From: a virus
DNA: 64,000 bases
Virus record (IMG/VR): IMGVR_UViG_3300033145_000529
Location: 1-64,000 of that record
Strand: one strand, 5' to 3'
Made by a program: the position numbers and the translations under genes. Below are positions 46,800 to 56,278 of this stretch, piece by piece; within the stretch, counting starts at the first letter, position 1; each line of letters starts with the position of its first letter. The notes below the pieces were generated by a model. It ran no database searches. It saw only the letters and a list, made by a program, of their open reading frames with translations, and had not been told where the DNA came from.

Positions 46800-47682
46800 C
46801 ATAGTAATGGTGACACCAAATGATGTGTGTATGAAGGCACTTGATTATGTGTTTAAGAATTCTGTACTTGACCATGACATTTATCTTATAGATAATGGTG
46901 CTACTGTACTGGGTTATGACTTGGGAAAGTATAAAGGTTTGATTAAGCTCTCTATACCACATGATACATTAAAAATTCCAGAAATATACAATCAAGCGTG
47001 GAAGCTTACAAAAACTAACTATGTGGCTTTTATACACAATGATACTATAGTATTAGAGCATGGTTGGGACGTTAAAGTTGAGAAATATTTTAACGATAAG
47101 ACGGCAGTTCTTGGATTCTCTGGTGCTACTGGGTATGGTAATGAGAATATATATGTGAGACCATTTGAAAATGCTGATGTAGCAAGGATAGATTTTCGTT
47201 GGAACTTTAATAACAAAGAGGTTAGAGAGTATGCTCTTGAGTGTAGCACTGGGTATGATGATGGTTGGTTGAGGAGTCATGGTAAGAACCTTGATGACGA
47301 GCTGATGGTGGCTTCTGTGGTTGATGGTCTTATTATGATTATAAGGCGTGAAGTATTCGAGAGAATTGGTGGGTTTGATGAGAGGTTTATCTTCCAAGGT
47401 TTTGATGAGAACCTGTGCTTACATGCTATATCTTTGGGGTATGATAATTATATGGTAAATATCAAGTACTTCCACGAGGGTAGCGGTGGGGCTAGTAGTT
47501 ACTTAAACCTGCTAAAAGCACATAACATGAATGACGAGATTGCTGTTGGTAGTCTTGAGGTAAAGAATGGTGTACACAGGGAAGCTTGCTTGTTGTTGTA
47601 TAATAATTGGAAAGAATTGTTGCCAATACGGAAATTGGGTGATACTTTGTGGCAGAGGGTTAGAAATGAAGAAGTCGTTTGA
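46771..47682 (+). CDS. GT2 glycosyltransferase
   Basis: LIDNG, HND, VDG, GGFDE; paralog of the next gene. Confidence 0.8.
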   Translation: MSLSKTKSFDIVMVTPNDVCMKALDYVFKNSVLDHDIYLIDNGATVLGYDLGKYKGLIKLSIPHDTLKIPEIYNQAWKLTKTNYVAFIHNDTIVLEHGWDVKVEKYFNDKTAVLGFSGATGYGNENIYVRPFENADVARIDFRWNFNNKEVREYALECSTGYDDGWLRSHGKNLDDELMVASVVDGLIMIIRREVFERIGGFDERFIFQGFDENLCLHAISLGYDNYMVNIKYFHEGSGGASSYLNLLKAHNMNDEIAVGSLEVKNGVHREACLLLYNNWKELLPIRKLGDTLWQRVRNEEVV

Positions 47683-48490
47683 TATTGTAATTGTTACCCC
47701 TAGTCTTAGTTATGTTAAGACTATTGATTCTATATTAGAGAATTCAACATTAGAGCACGATATTTACCTAATAGATAACGGTGCCAGTTACTTGGGAGTT
47801 GAGTTTGACAAGTATAAGGAATACGTCAAGTTGGTCATTCCTGATTGCAGTTTTTCGTTACCAACTGTTTATAATAGAGCTTGGAACATTACTAAAACCA
47901 ACTTTGTAGCCTTTTTACACAATGACATACTCGTTCTTGAGAATGGTTGGGACGAGAAAATTGAGAGGTATACAAAAGACCATATCGGTATTATCGGCTT
48001 TGCTGGAAGTACTGGTCTCGGAACTGCTGATATTTATAAAGCACCATTTAGGAATGACCAGTTAGTGAGAGTAGGATTTCATTGGAATTTTAACAGTCCA
48101 GACCTTAGAAAATTTGTCAATAAATTAGGTCCACCGTATTGTAATGAGTCATGGCTTAGGGTTCATGGTGTTTGTTTAACTAGAGAGTGGTTACAAGTTG
48201 CATCCGTTGATGGTTTAGCAATAATAGCTAATCGTAAACTGTTAGTATCTGGGGGGTTTGATGAGGAGTATTTATTTCACGGGTTTGATGATGATATGTG
48301 TATGAAATCATTAGACATCGGACTGGCAAATATAATTATCAATATTGGTTATTTTCATGGGGGTTGTGGTGGTAATTCTGGTCATATAGAAATGTTAAAA
48401 GTACACAACAAAGAAGAGTCGCAACTTCATGACGATGCTTGTTTAAGATTGTATAATAAATGGAGACATCTGCTACCAATTAGGTATTAG
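47666..48490 (+). CDS. GT2 glycosyltransferase
   Basis: Start adjusted to MKKSF; LIDNG, HND, GGFDE; tandem paralog. Confidence 0.8.
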   Translation: MKKSFDIVIVTPSLSYVKTIDSILENSTLEHDIYLIDNGASYLGVEFDKYKEYVKLVIPDCSFSLPTVYNRAWNITKTNFVAFLHNDILVLENGWDEKIERYTKDHIGIIGFAGSTGLGTADIYKAPFRNDQLVRVGFHWNFNSPDLRKFVNKLGPPYCNESWLRVHGVCLTREWLQVASVDGLAIIANRKLLVSGGFDEEYLFHGFDDDMCMKSLDIGLANIIINIGYFHGGCGGNSGHIEMLKVHNKEESQLHDDACLRLYNKWRHLLPIRY

Positions 48491-48499
48491 GAGACGGTA

Positions 48500-49222
48500 A
48501 TGGACCTAGTGTCAATAATAGTACCAACTTATAATCTTGGTGAAGCGTTGGTTGCTTATTGTATACCATCAATATTACGGCAAACGTATCAAAATTTTGA
48601 GGTGGTAGTTGTTGGTGATGGTTGTACGGATAATACTGAAGACCTTTTACGTAAGTTCAATGATAAGCGTATCCGCTTTGATAATACAATAATACACAAA
48701 CCACCGAGAAGTAAGAATGTCACTAGCGTTGTACCAGGTAATAGGGCTTTAGAGCTGGCACGTGGAGATTGGGTAGCAAGACTTGACGATGATGATATTT
48801 GGACTAAAGACCATCTCGAATTGTTGATAAACTTTGCTCTGGACAACAGGTATAACTTTGTTTATGGAATTCAAGATTGGCGGGGTTCTTTGGTAGGTAA
48901 TGATGCTTTTGGATGTGGTGATGTTGGTAACAGTGCTACCATGTATGACCTTAGAGTATTTGATGAGTTTAGGTACAACATTAATTCTGGAATTCCAGCA
49001 GATTGCGATATACGTGGAAGGATGCTTAAAACTGGAAAAATGGAGCACGGATTCTTACCAACAATAATAACCTATACTGCACCGAGAATAGCTGCGTGGG
49101 AAAAAAGATATTTAACTTACACTGATAGTGGTATAACACCTGTGTTATGGTCAATGAACCAAGCAACTGTGGTAAGATTAAAAGAACTAGGAGATGTTAA
49201 TGAGCAGACCAGAAGGTTATAA
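48500..49222 (+). CDS. GT2 glycosyltransferase
   Basis: VSIIVPTYN, GDGCTD, LDDDD. Confidence 0.88.
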   Translation: MDLVSIIVPTYNLGEALVAYCIPSILRQTYQNFEVVVVGDGCTDNTEDLLRKFNDKRIRFDNTIIHKPPRSKNVTSVVPGNRALELARGDWVARLDDDDIWTKDHLELLINFALDNRYNFVYGIQDWRGSLVGNDAFGCGDVGNSATMYDLRVFDEFRYNINSGIPADCDIRGRMLKTGKMEHGFLPTIITYTAPRIAAWEKRYLTYTDSGITPVLWSMNQATVVRLKELGDVNEQTRRL

Positions 49223-50336
49223 TTATTTGGAAATGTTAAAGGAGCATCTTGGTGGAAGTTTTGATTCTGTGTTCAACGGAAAACTTGTGTATCCAAGGCA
49301 ACTAGAAATACATCTACCTGGAGACCTTGTTAGACCATGTAATTTTAATTGTTATTACTGCCAAGGTGGCAAGATGGATAGGATACTATACCCATACGAG
49401 GAAGATGTGCTATGTTTGCTAGATAAGTTTGGTGATGATACTGTGGATAGTCTTGGTAGACACGCACCACCAGTACAGGCATATGGGGGTCAGTATAGTG
49501 AACCATTGCTTAACCCATATCTGTTGAAGCTTATGTTAAAGACAAAGGAGATAGGTTGTTCCTATGGTCTTCATACTAATGGTTCTTTGTTCTTGGACAG
49601 GGAAAATAAAGAAGGGTTTTTAACTAAGATAGTCGGGAATGCTAACTCCTCATTTGATTATATCACTATTAGTTTAGATGCGGGCAAACCAGAAAGTCAC
49701 CAAAGGATAAAAAACACCAAAATTAGTTGGTTTGAGACAATTATTGATGGAATTGCCAAAGCTTGTGAGATTAGGGGTAGTTCACCAACACCAGCAATAC
49801 GTATCGCTTACCTTATGACTGAAATTAATTCTTCATTTGAAGAACTGAGCGGAATGGTTGATATTGCTAAAAAGATAGGTGTTGACTCGTTACGTTTTTC
49901 TATACCGTATGATAACTATGGCAAAGAGTTTGGTAAGGTTCGTCAATATAAAGAAAAAGTTGAGTTACGGTGTAATGATGAATATAAGGAGTTAATTAAA
50001 CCGCTACTGTCGGGTGTTAAACCAGTTGTTTTCTATATTTCTCCAGAAAGTCAAGATGTTGATAGAATGATAATGTTTAAGCAGTGCATATATCCTTATT
50101 ATCAAACTAGTATTTCTTCGGATGGGTATATTTATAGGTGTTCTAGTACAGCGTCACCTAATTTTGCATTTAATCGTGTATCTGGTAGGGTTAGTGATGA
50201 TATGGATGATTTTCATGCAGCACTACTCCGTTCTCAGGACAAAGGTTGGAAACCAAGCACTTGTTTCAAGAACTGTGGACGTTGCAATAGATTAGCTGTT
50301 GAAATCAATAGTGAATGGATGAAATTAAATGACTAA
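49200..50336 (+). CDS. radical SAM enzyme with C-terminal Twitch/SPASM-like cysteines
   Basis: CNFNCYYC, GG..SEP, TNG, SLDA, C.YPY...DG.IYRC. Confidence 0.85.
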   Translation: MSRPEGYNYLEMLKEHLGGSFDSVFNGKLVYPRQLEIHLPGDLVRPCNFNCYYCQGGKMDRILYPYEEDVLCLLDKFGDDTVDSLGRHAPPVQAYGGQYSEPLLNPYLLKLMLKTKEIGCSYGLHTNGSLFLDRENKEGFLTKIVGNANSSFDYITISLDAGKPESHQRIKNTKISWFETIIDGIAKACEIRGSSPTPAIRIAYLMTEINSSFEELSGMVDIAKKIGVDSLRFSIPYDNYGKEFGKVRQYKEKVELRCNDEYKELIKPLLSGVKPVVFYISPESQDVDRMIMFKQCIYPYYQTSISSDGYIYRCSSTASPNFAFNRVSGRVSDDMDDFHAALLRSQDKGWKPSTCFKNCGRCNRLAVEINSEWMKLND

Positions 50337-50405
50337 ATTACATCGGTTGTGGTGCTCATACAGAGTTGTGTGTGTGAACTTTTCTCTGATAGTGGAGGCA
50401 ATAAA

Positions 50406-51035
50406 ATGAGAAGTGTACAAGATGTTTTAAGCAGCATACCAACGATTCATTCAATACAAGATTTGGAAGTATTGTGTGATAGTGTGGGGTTAATAGGGGA
50501 CAAAACTAAGGCTCTTATTAATGTTGGGTCTTACCGTGGAGGTTCGTCAGCGGCTTTATTAATTGGTATGGACTTGTATAGCGTAACAGGCGAATTATCT
50601 ATAGTAGGTCAATTCAGATACCATTCTCCTGGGGGTCCAGCGGCAGCTATACCAACACTAGATGCTACCTTTAGAGAGAGGAATATAGTGTGGACTGATT
50701 CTTTTCTTGGGGAGACTAAAGCAAACGTGGCTAAGTTCTCTGGTGATAGAAAAGTTAACTTTTTCCAAGGATTCTCTGATGACATTAATCTTGACCTTAT
50801 TGGGGGCACGTCTCTAATATTTTTGGATGCAGACCATTCAATACATGGCTGTTTACTAGATATATTGAAGTATACACAAAAACTAGTCGCTGGTGGTGTA
50901 CTGGTTCTTCATGATTGTGTACCAAGTTCATCGGTTGATAAAGCTTTACAAGTTTTTTTGACCATAAGACCAACCTTTAAGTCTGATGGACTTATTAAAG
51001 AAGGTAGTTCAATAGTAAGGGTGTGGAAAGGATGA
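50406..51035 (+). CDS. class I SAM-dependent methyltransferase
   Basis: VGSYRGGS, IFLDADH, GGVLVLHD. Confidence 0.75.
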   Translation: MRSVQDVLSSIPTIHSIQDLEVLCDSVGLIGDKTKALINVGSYRGGSSAALLIGMDLYSVTGELSIVGQFRYHSPGGPAAAIPTLDATFRERNIVWTDSFLGETKANVAKFSGDRKVNFFQGFSDDINLDLIGGTSLIFLDADHSIHGCLLDILKYTQKLVAGGVLVLHDCVPSSSVDKALQVFLTIRPTFKSDGLIKEGSSIVRVWKG

Positions 51036-51161
51036 TTTCACTACTTACACAACAAGTGGGAAAATATTAAGCAGAAAGGAGCAAGCAAATGAGTAGTTGT
51101 TACTAAACTTATTTCTGATGCTCCTATTGGGTATATATATTATTCAAAAGTAGGGGGAAGT

Positions 51162-52067
51162 ATGGTAAACATTGCTCTCATTGGTTACGGTTATTGGGGC
51201 AAACGTTTTTTGCGTTATATTGATGAAGAATTTAATGTAAAGTATATTTTTGGTCGTTCATTAGCCCCAGGAGGTAGGTTTATCAATGATTTAAATATAA
51301 TATGGGAAGACGATAGTGTTACATCTGTGGTAATTGCTACCCCCATTGACACACATTATGAAATAGTTAGAGAAGCAATACTTCATAACAAACATGTTCT
51401 TTGCGAAAAACCGCTATCACGCAGTAGCAAGCAAGTGTTAGAGCTTCTTGGTTTAGCTAGTGATAGGGGATTGAGACTAGTTACAGAGTTTACTTATACA
51501 TTTTCAAGAACTTTGCGTAAAGCACAACAACTCGTCAAGGATGGGTGTATCGGTGATTTAGAAGCAGTAGAGCTGTCACTAAAGTATTTAGCTGTTGGTG
51601 ATATAGCTAAAAATGATAAGTATACTAAGTTTAGTATAAATTGGTTACTGGCTTCACATCTGTTGGCTGTTCTTGACATGTTTACTCCACTGGGTGGGTT
51701 ACAGTTTAGTAAGATTCGTCTGATGAAGGAGACTAGTATCTTACCTTTTTATGGTGGGGCAAGGGGGTTTATTTATATTAGCTTCAATCATCCGAACAGA
51801 GAGGCTAGGGTGGTCATATACGGTAGCAACGGTACAATACTATGTGACCTCTTACAAAAACCAACATTGAAGGTTATTACATATGATAGAGTAGATGGTG
51901 GATTAACCAATGCGACAATTGTTGATGAAAAAGAATTCATATTCGATGAAACTAACAATTTGGAACAGGCTATTTGTTACTTTAAAGAGGCAATCACACA
52001 AAATCTTACTAATCTAAAATATAGAGATTTCTGGGTAACTAGTATTTTGGAGGGGCTTGATGGGTAA
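51162..52067 (+). CDS. Gfo/Idh/MocA oxidoreductase
   Basis: IGYGYWG, IATP..TH, KHVLCEKP. Confidence 0.88.
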   Translation: MVNIALIGYGYWGKRFLRYIDEEFNVKYIFGRSLAPGGRFINDLNIIWEDDSVTSVVIATPIDTHYEIVREAILHNKHVLCEKPLSRSSKQVLELLGLASDRGLRLVTEFTYTFSRTLRKAQQLVKDGCIGDLEAVELSLKYLAVGDIAKNDKYTKFSINWLLASHLLAVLDMFTPLGGLQFSKIRLMKETSILPFYGGARGFIYISFNHPNREARVVIYGSNGTILCDLLQKPTLKVITYDRVDGGLTNATIVDEKEFIFDETNNLEQAICYFKEAITQNLTNLKYRDFWVTSILEGLDG

Positions 52068-52611
52068 TATACGATTAGAGTTGGTAGATATTAAACATCT
52101 TGATAAGATGGTAGAGTGGAGAAATAAACCAAGAGTGTACTCTTCATTCTTTTCGGGGAAACCGTCCTCAATTGAGCAGCAGAAAGAGTGGTTTTATGGG
52201 CAAAGTGATAATGAAGAAAATTTTATCATTTGTTTTGATGACAAGATAAGTTTTTCTGTAGCACCTCCTGTGATAGCTACAAGATATATTGGAGCTATAA
52301 GTTTATATGACATTGATGATACCAATATGAGAGCAGAATTTGGAAGATTTTATATAGGTGATGATGATTATTTAGGTCGTGGTCTTGGTGAGGAAGCGTT
52401 GCTATTACTGCTTGATTATGGTTTTTATGACCTTATTCTTAATAAGATTTATGCTGATGTTTTTCCAACCAATGCTAAAATAATAAAATTATATCGCAAA
52501 GTTGGTTTTGTTGTTGAAACCATATTGATGCAGCACTATTTTAGTAGTGGTGAATTTATTGATGCTATTAGAATGACACTAACAAAGGAGAATTATTGTG
52601 GAGGAGATTAA
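52060..52611 (+). CDS. GNAT N-acetyltransferase (PseH-like)
   Basis: WRN, GRGLG, N..IIKLYRKVGF. Confidence 0.8.
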   Translation: MGNIRLELVDIKHLDKMVEWRNKPRVYSSFFSGKPSSIEQQKEWFYGQSDNEENFIICFDDKISFSVAPPVIATRYIGAISLYDIDDTNMRAEFGRFYIGDDDYLGRGLGEEALLLLLDYGFYDLILNKIYADVFPTNAKIIKLYRKVGFVVETILMQHYFSSGEFIDAIRMTLTKENYCGGD

Positions 52612-53704
52612 CTTATTCAAACCTAATATTACAGAAGAGTCTGTTCAAGGTGTTTGTGATGTTCTTAGGTCTGGTTGGATAGGATTAGGTCCTAAGACTA
52701 AAGAGTTTGAGCAGAAGTTCGCTGATTTTGTTGGGGCAAAGTATTGTGTTGCTCTTAACTCGTGTACCTCTGCTTTACATCTTACAATTAAACTACTAGA
52801 TACGAGTAGTGGTGATGACATTATTACTACTCCAATGACTTTTGTATCTACAAATGCGGTTATCTTGTACGAAAACCTTGTCCCCAACTTTGTTGATGTT
52901 GAGTATGGAACGTTAAATATAGATGTTGGAGAGATAGAAAAGTCTATTACTGATAAGACTAAGGCTATAATGTGTGTTCATTATGGTGGACAACCGTGTG
53001 ACATGGATGAGATATACCAATTAGCGGACAAGTATAAATTGAAGGTTATCGAAGATGCCGCACATGCTGTTGGTTCTACCTATAAAGGGAGAAAATTGGG
53101 GTCTGCTGATATGGCTTGTTGGAGTTTTCACGCAGTAAAGAACCTACCGATGGGTGATGGTGGGGCAATTACTTTGAACAACAAAGAAGATTATGAGCGA
53201 CTGTTAAAGCTACGTTGGATGGGGATTACCAAAGATACTTGGGAAAGGTCTAGTGATACACCAGGGGTTTACTCTTGGTACTATAACGTGGACGAGCTTG
53301 GTTATAAATATCATATGAATGACATTACCGCTGCAATTGGTCTCGGACAGCTTGGGGTATTGGAGGAACACAATAAGATACGAAGGAGAATTGTAGATAC
53401 TTATTTGTCACGCATAAATAACAGTAAGGTCATGTTTCCAGTATACAAGCAGGACAGAATTAGTTCTAATCATACATTTCATATTAAAGTAACCAATCGT
53501 GACAAACTATTGAAAGTGTTGCGTGATAGTGGTATAAATTGTGGTGTACATTATATTCCAAACCATACATTTAAACTATTTAACTATCAAAAATCTTTAC
53601 CAGTAGCGGAGGAAGTTTATGAGCAGGTAATACTTCTCCCATTGCATACTCTACTATCTGATGATGATATTAACAGAGTGTGTAGTGTGATAAATAATTT
53701 TTAG
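52598..53704 (+). CDS. DegT/DnrJ/EryC1/StrS sugar aminotransferase
   Basis: NSCTSALH, VHYGG, EDAAHA, SFHAVKNL..GDGG. Confidence 0.92.
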   Translation: MEEINLFKPNITEESVQGVCDVLRSGWIGLGPKTKEFEQKFADFVGAKYCVALNSCTSALHLTIKLLDTSSGDDIITTPMTFVSTNAVILYENLVPNFVDVEYGTLNIDVGEIEKSITDKTKAIMCVHYGGQPCDMDEIYQLADKYKLKVIEDAAHAVGSTYKGRKLGSADMACWSFHAVKNLPMGDGGAITLNNKEDYERLLKLRWMGITKDTWERSSDTPGVYSWYYNVDELGYKYHMNDITAAIGLGQLGVLEEHNKIRRRIVDTYLSRINNSKVMFPVYKQDRISSNHTFHIKVTNRDKLLKVLRDSGINCGVHYIPNHTFKLFNYQKSLPVAEEVYEQVILLPLHTLLSDDDINRVCSVINNF

Positions 53705-53873
53705 ATTAGAACGAGGAAGTCTTGTGAGGTTGGTCAGGTTTGGGAGTTTAATTTCAAGGAGACCAAATGAAAATATGTACAAAGTGCAATAAAGTTGAAA
53801 AGTGCGATTGTGGTTGCACAGAATTTCAATACTCCTTTTTTGGGAAGGAGAATAAAATAAAGAGGTGAATGGA

Positions 53874-54383
53874 ATGCCATACGGCATAAAAAATGAAACG
53901 CCAGAACAAACTAAGTGGATGGAGAAATGTGTTGATAGTATAACTGGCACTAACAAGAGAACTGATAAACCCTACACCAAAGGTGAAAAGATAGCGATTT
54001 GTAAAGTGCAGTTAAAGAAGAGAGGTTCTTCTGAGGCTTATAGCGAAGAAAGTCTTAGGGAGCAGTTCTACGACTTTGAGGATAAAATAAGAGATGCTCT
54101 TTCTCCTTCGTTGATGCGTGAGACACCATCATATGGTCCTTATGTAGTGGACATTTTTGATGATTGTGTTATCGTGGACAAGGGCAACAAGATGTATAAG
54201 TTATCTTATACAATTAAAGGTGACGATGTTTCTTTTGATTGGGGTAGTGCAGTTGAAGTTAAAAGAAGAACTGTTTATGAACCAGTAGAGGAAGCGGAGA
54301 GACAAATCGTAACGAAAGTTCCCCGCATTCCACAGAGGAATGGTGGAAGAATCGTAACTTTTGGTGGAAGAACAGTAAGTTAA
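53874..54383 (+). CDS. hypothetical protein, possibly head-associated
   Basis: GAGG RBS; position in the head module. Confidence 0.6.
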   Translation: MPYGIKNETPEQTKWMEKCVDSITGTNKRTDKPYTKGEKIAICKVQLKKRGSSEAYSEESLREQFYDFEDKIRDALSPSLMRETPSYGPYVVDIFDDCVIVDKGNKMYKLSYTIKGDDVSFDWGSAVEVKRRTVYEPVEEAERQIVTKVPRIPQRNGGRIVTFGGRTVS

Positions 54384-54395
54384 GGAGAGGTATAC

Positions 54396-55547
54396 ATGAA
54401 AGTTTTATGGATAGGTGATGCCCTCGTGCAGTCAGGGTTTAGCGTGGTGACGCATAGCATCTGTAATCAATTAGTTAATAAGTGTGATTTGGTCGTATAT
54501 GGTGTGCGTAATGATGGTAAATTGAGGCATAACGCTAATTATCACATATATCCAGGTCAACATTCTGAAGACATGTATGGTTTTGATTTTGCCGCACAAG
54601 TTGTGATGCAGGAAAATCCTGATATTGTCGTGCTGTTCAATGATGACCACATTGTTAATAGATACCTTGACGCTATTCGTAATGTGAGTAAGAAATATAA
54701 CAGTTCGGCTAGGATAGTTCCTTTGTTTCCTGTTAATCTGCTACCTGTTGGTAGAGATGTTATGCTTTACTTTACAGTGAAGGATATTGAGCAAGTTATG
54801 ACCTACACTAATTTCTCTAAACGTAAAATTGAAGAACTTAATCCGAACTTAAATGTTACTGCTATTTGTCACGGTGTGGATAGGAATTTATATTTTCCTA
54901 TACCCGATGCTAAAGAACAATTAGGAGTGGGAAAAGATTTTATTGTTGGCAATATCAATTCCAACACTTATAGAAAACGTCTTGATTTGTTACTAGAGGG
55001 ATTTGCCAAGTTTGCCAAGGGAAAATCTGATGTAAAATGTCTTATTCATGCTAATAATCCCGATATAGCATACGATTTACCAACTTTAGCAAAAGATTTT
55101 GGTATAATGGATAAAGTTATTCTTAGTACTGATAAACTAATTGTAGATAAGTTAAATGTTCTTTACAATGTAATGGATATTAACACTAATACAGCACTTG
55201 GAGAAGGATTTGGTTTATCACTTATTGAAGGAGCGGCTTGTGGTGTTCCCATCTTATGTACTGATAATGGTAATCTTAGAGATATTTGGGGCAAGAATGC
55301 TGATTACATTGAAATAGAACGCTCAGAGTATGTTGCTGGTTCTAAGTTTAAAGGTGATGTCATCAGTACTGATGATTTTGCTAAGAAGCTTAATAATTTC
55401 TATGAAGACCGTTCTTATCTATCAGAACGGAAAGAGAACATCTTTGAAGTTGGCAAAGACCCTAAATTTGATTGGTCAACTGTGGCAGATAAGGTTTTTA
55501 AGGTGATTACTACTGCGAACAGAGGAAAATTAGGTATTGTATCTTAA
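54396..55547 (+). CDS. GT4 (GT-B) glycosyltransferase
   Basis: SGF..V, HGVD, RKRLD, EGFGLSLIEGAACGVP. Confidence 0.88.
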   Translation: MKVLWIGDALVQSGFSVVTHSICNQLVNKCDLVVYGVRNDGKLRHNANYHIYPGQHSEDMYGFDFAAQVVMQENPDIVVLFNDDHIVNRYLDAIRNVSKKYNSSARIVPLFPVNLLPVGRDVMLYFTVKDIEQVMTYTNFSKRKIEELNPNLNVTAICHGVDRNLYFPIPDAKEQLGVGKDFIVGNINSNTYRKRLDLLLEGFAKFAKGKSDVKCLIHANNPDIAYDLPTLAKDFGIMDKVILSTDKLIVDKLNVLYNVMDINTNTALGEGFGLSLIEGAACGVPILCTDNGNLRDIWGKNADYIEIERSEYVAGSKFKGDVISTDDFAKKLNNFYEDRSYLSERKENIFEVGKDPKFDWSTVADKVFKVITTANRGKLGIVS

Positions 55548-55614
55548 TTTTATGGTTTATTTAAATTATCTTTAAATTACTTGCCAAAAACGTGGTCTAA
55601 TGGTGTACTTTTCG

Positions 55615-55632
55615 TTAGTGATCGATCAGGGA
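55615..55632. promoter_or_regulatory. 18-bp motif TTAGTGATCGATCAGGGA, copy 2
   Basis: Identical to 31658..31675; upstream of the head operon. Confidence 0.6.
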
Positions 55633-55681
55633 AACCAAACGTGTTTTGTGCCCGTTTGGGCAAGTTAACGGAGTATTGAGT

Positions 55682-56278
55682 ATGACCGATAAAGAAACTA
55701 AATTTACGTTAAGTCTTGACCTCATCGAGGATAGCGAACTAGCCCAAGCTGGTATTCCTGATGAATATAAGAACCCTCTGTTGACGTGGGTAAGGTTTAT
55801 TTTTACAGATGACTTACCAAATGCGAATAACCAGGGGATTAGTCAAGATGAGTTTTTAAATCTCATCAAGTCTATGTCCTATATGCCAATCAAAGCTGAT
55901 TTTGATTCTGAATTTGGACTTGAGGGACACTCTGAAGCACACATAATTGGAGTTATTAAGGGAGGACAACAGCAAGCAAATAAGGTAGTTACTATTGGTG
56001 CAATATATCACGATGAGTTTCCTGATATTGTTGACTTCTTCAAGAGAGAGATGGCGGAAGGTGGAACTGTGGATTTTTCTTGGGAAATAAGATACAAGGA
56101 TTCAGAGGAAAAAGATGGTGTTGAGTGGCTAAAAGATGTGACTACTAAAGCTGTAACGGCTGTTCAGCATCCTGCTTACCAAGGTAGGACACCGTTAGTT
56201 TCTATCAGTGCGAAGGATTTGGTTCAATTGATAGATGAAGAATTAAAGGACAGAAAAGATACTGAGGTGATTAAATGA
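55682..56278 (+). CDS. putative prohead protease
   Basis: N.N, GH, FSWE, V.HPAY pattern and position before scaffold/capsid. Confidence 0.55.
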   Translation: MTDKETKFTLSLDLIEDSELAQAGIPDEYKNPLLTWVRFIFTDDLPNANNQGISQDEFLNLIKSMSYMPIKADFDSEFGLEGHSEAHIIGVIKGGQQQANKVVTIGAIYHDEFPDIVDFFKREMAEGGTVDFSWEIRYKDSEEKDGVEWLKDVTTKAVTAVQHPAYQGRTPLVSISAKDLVQLIDEELKDRKDTEVIK

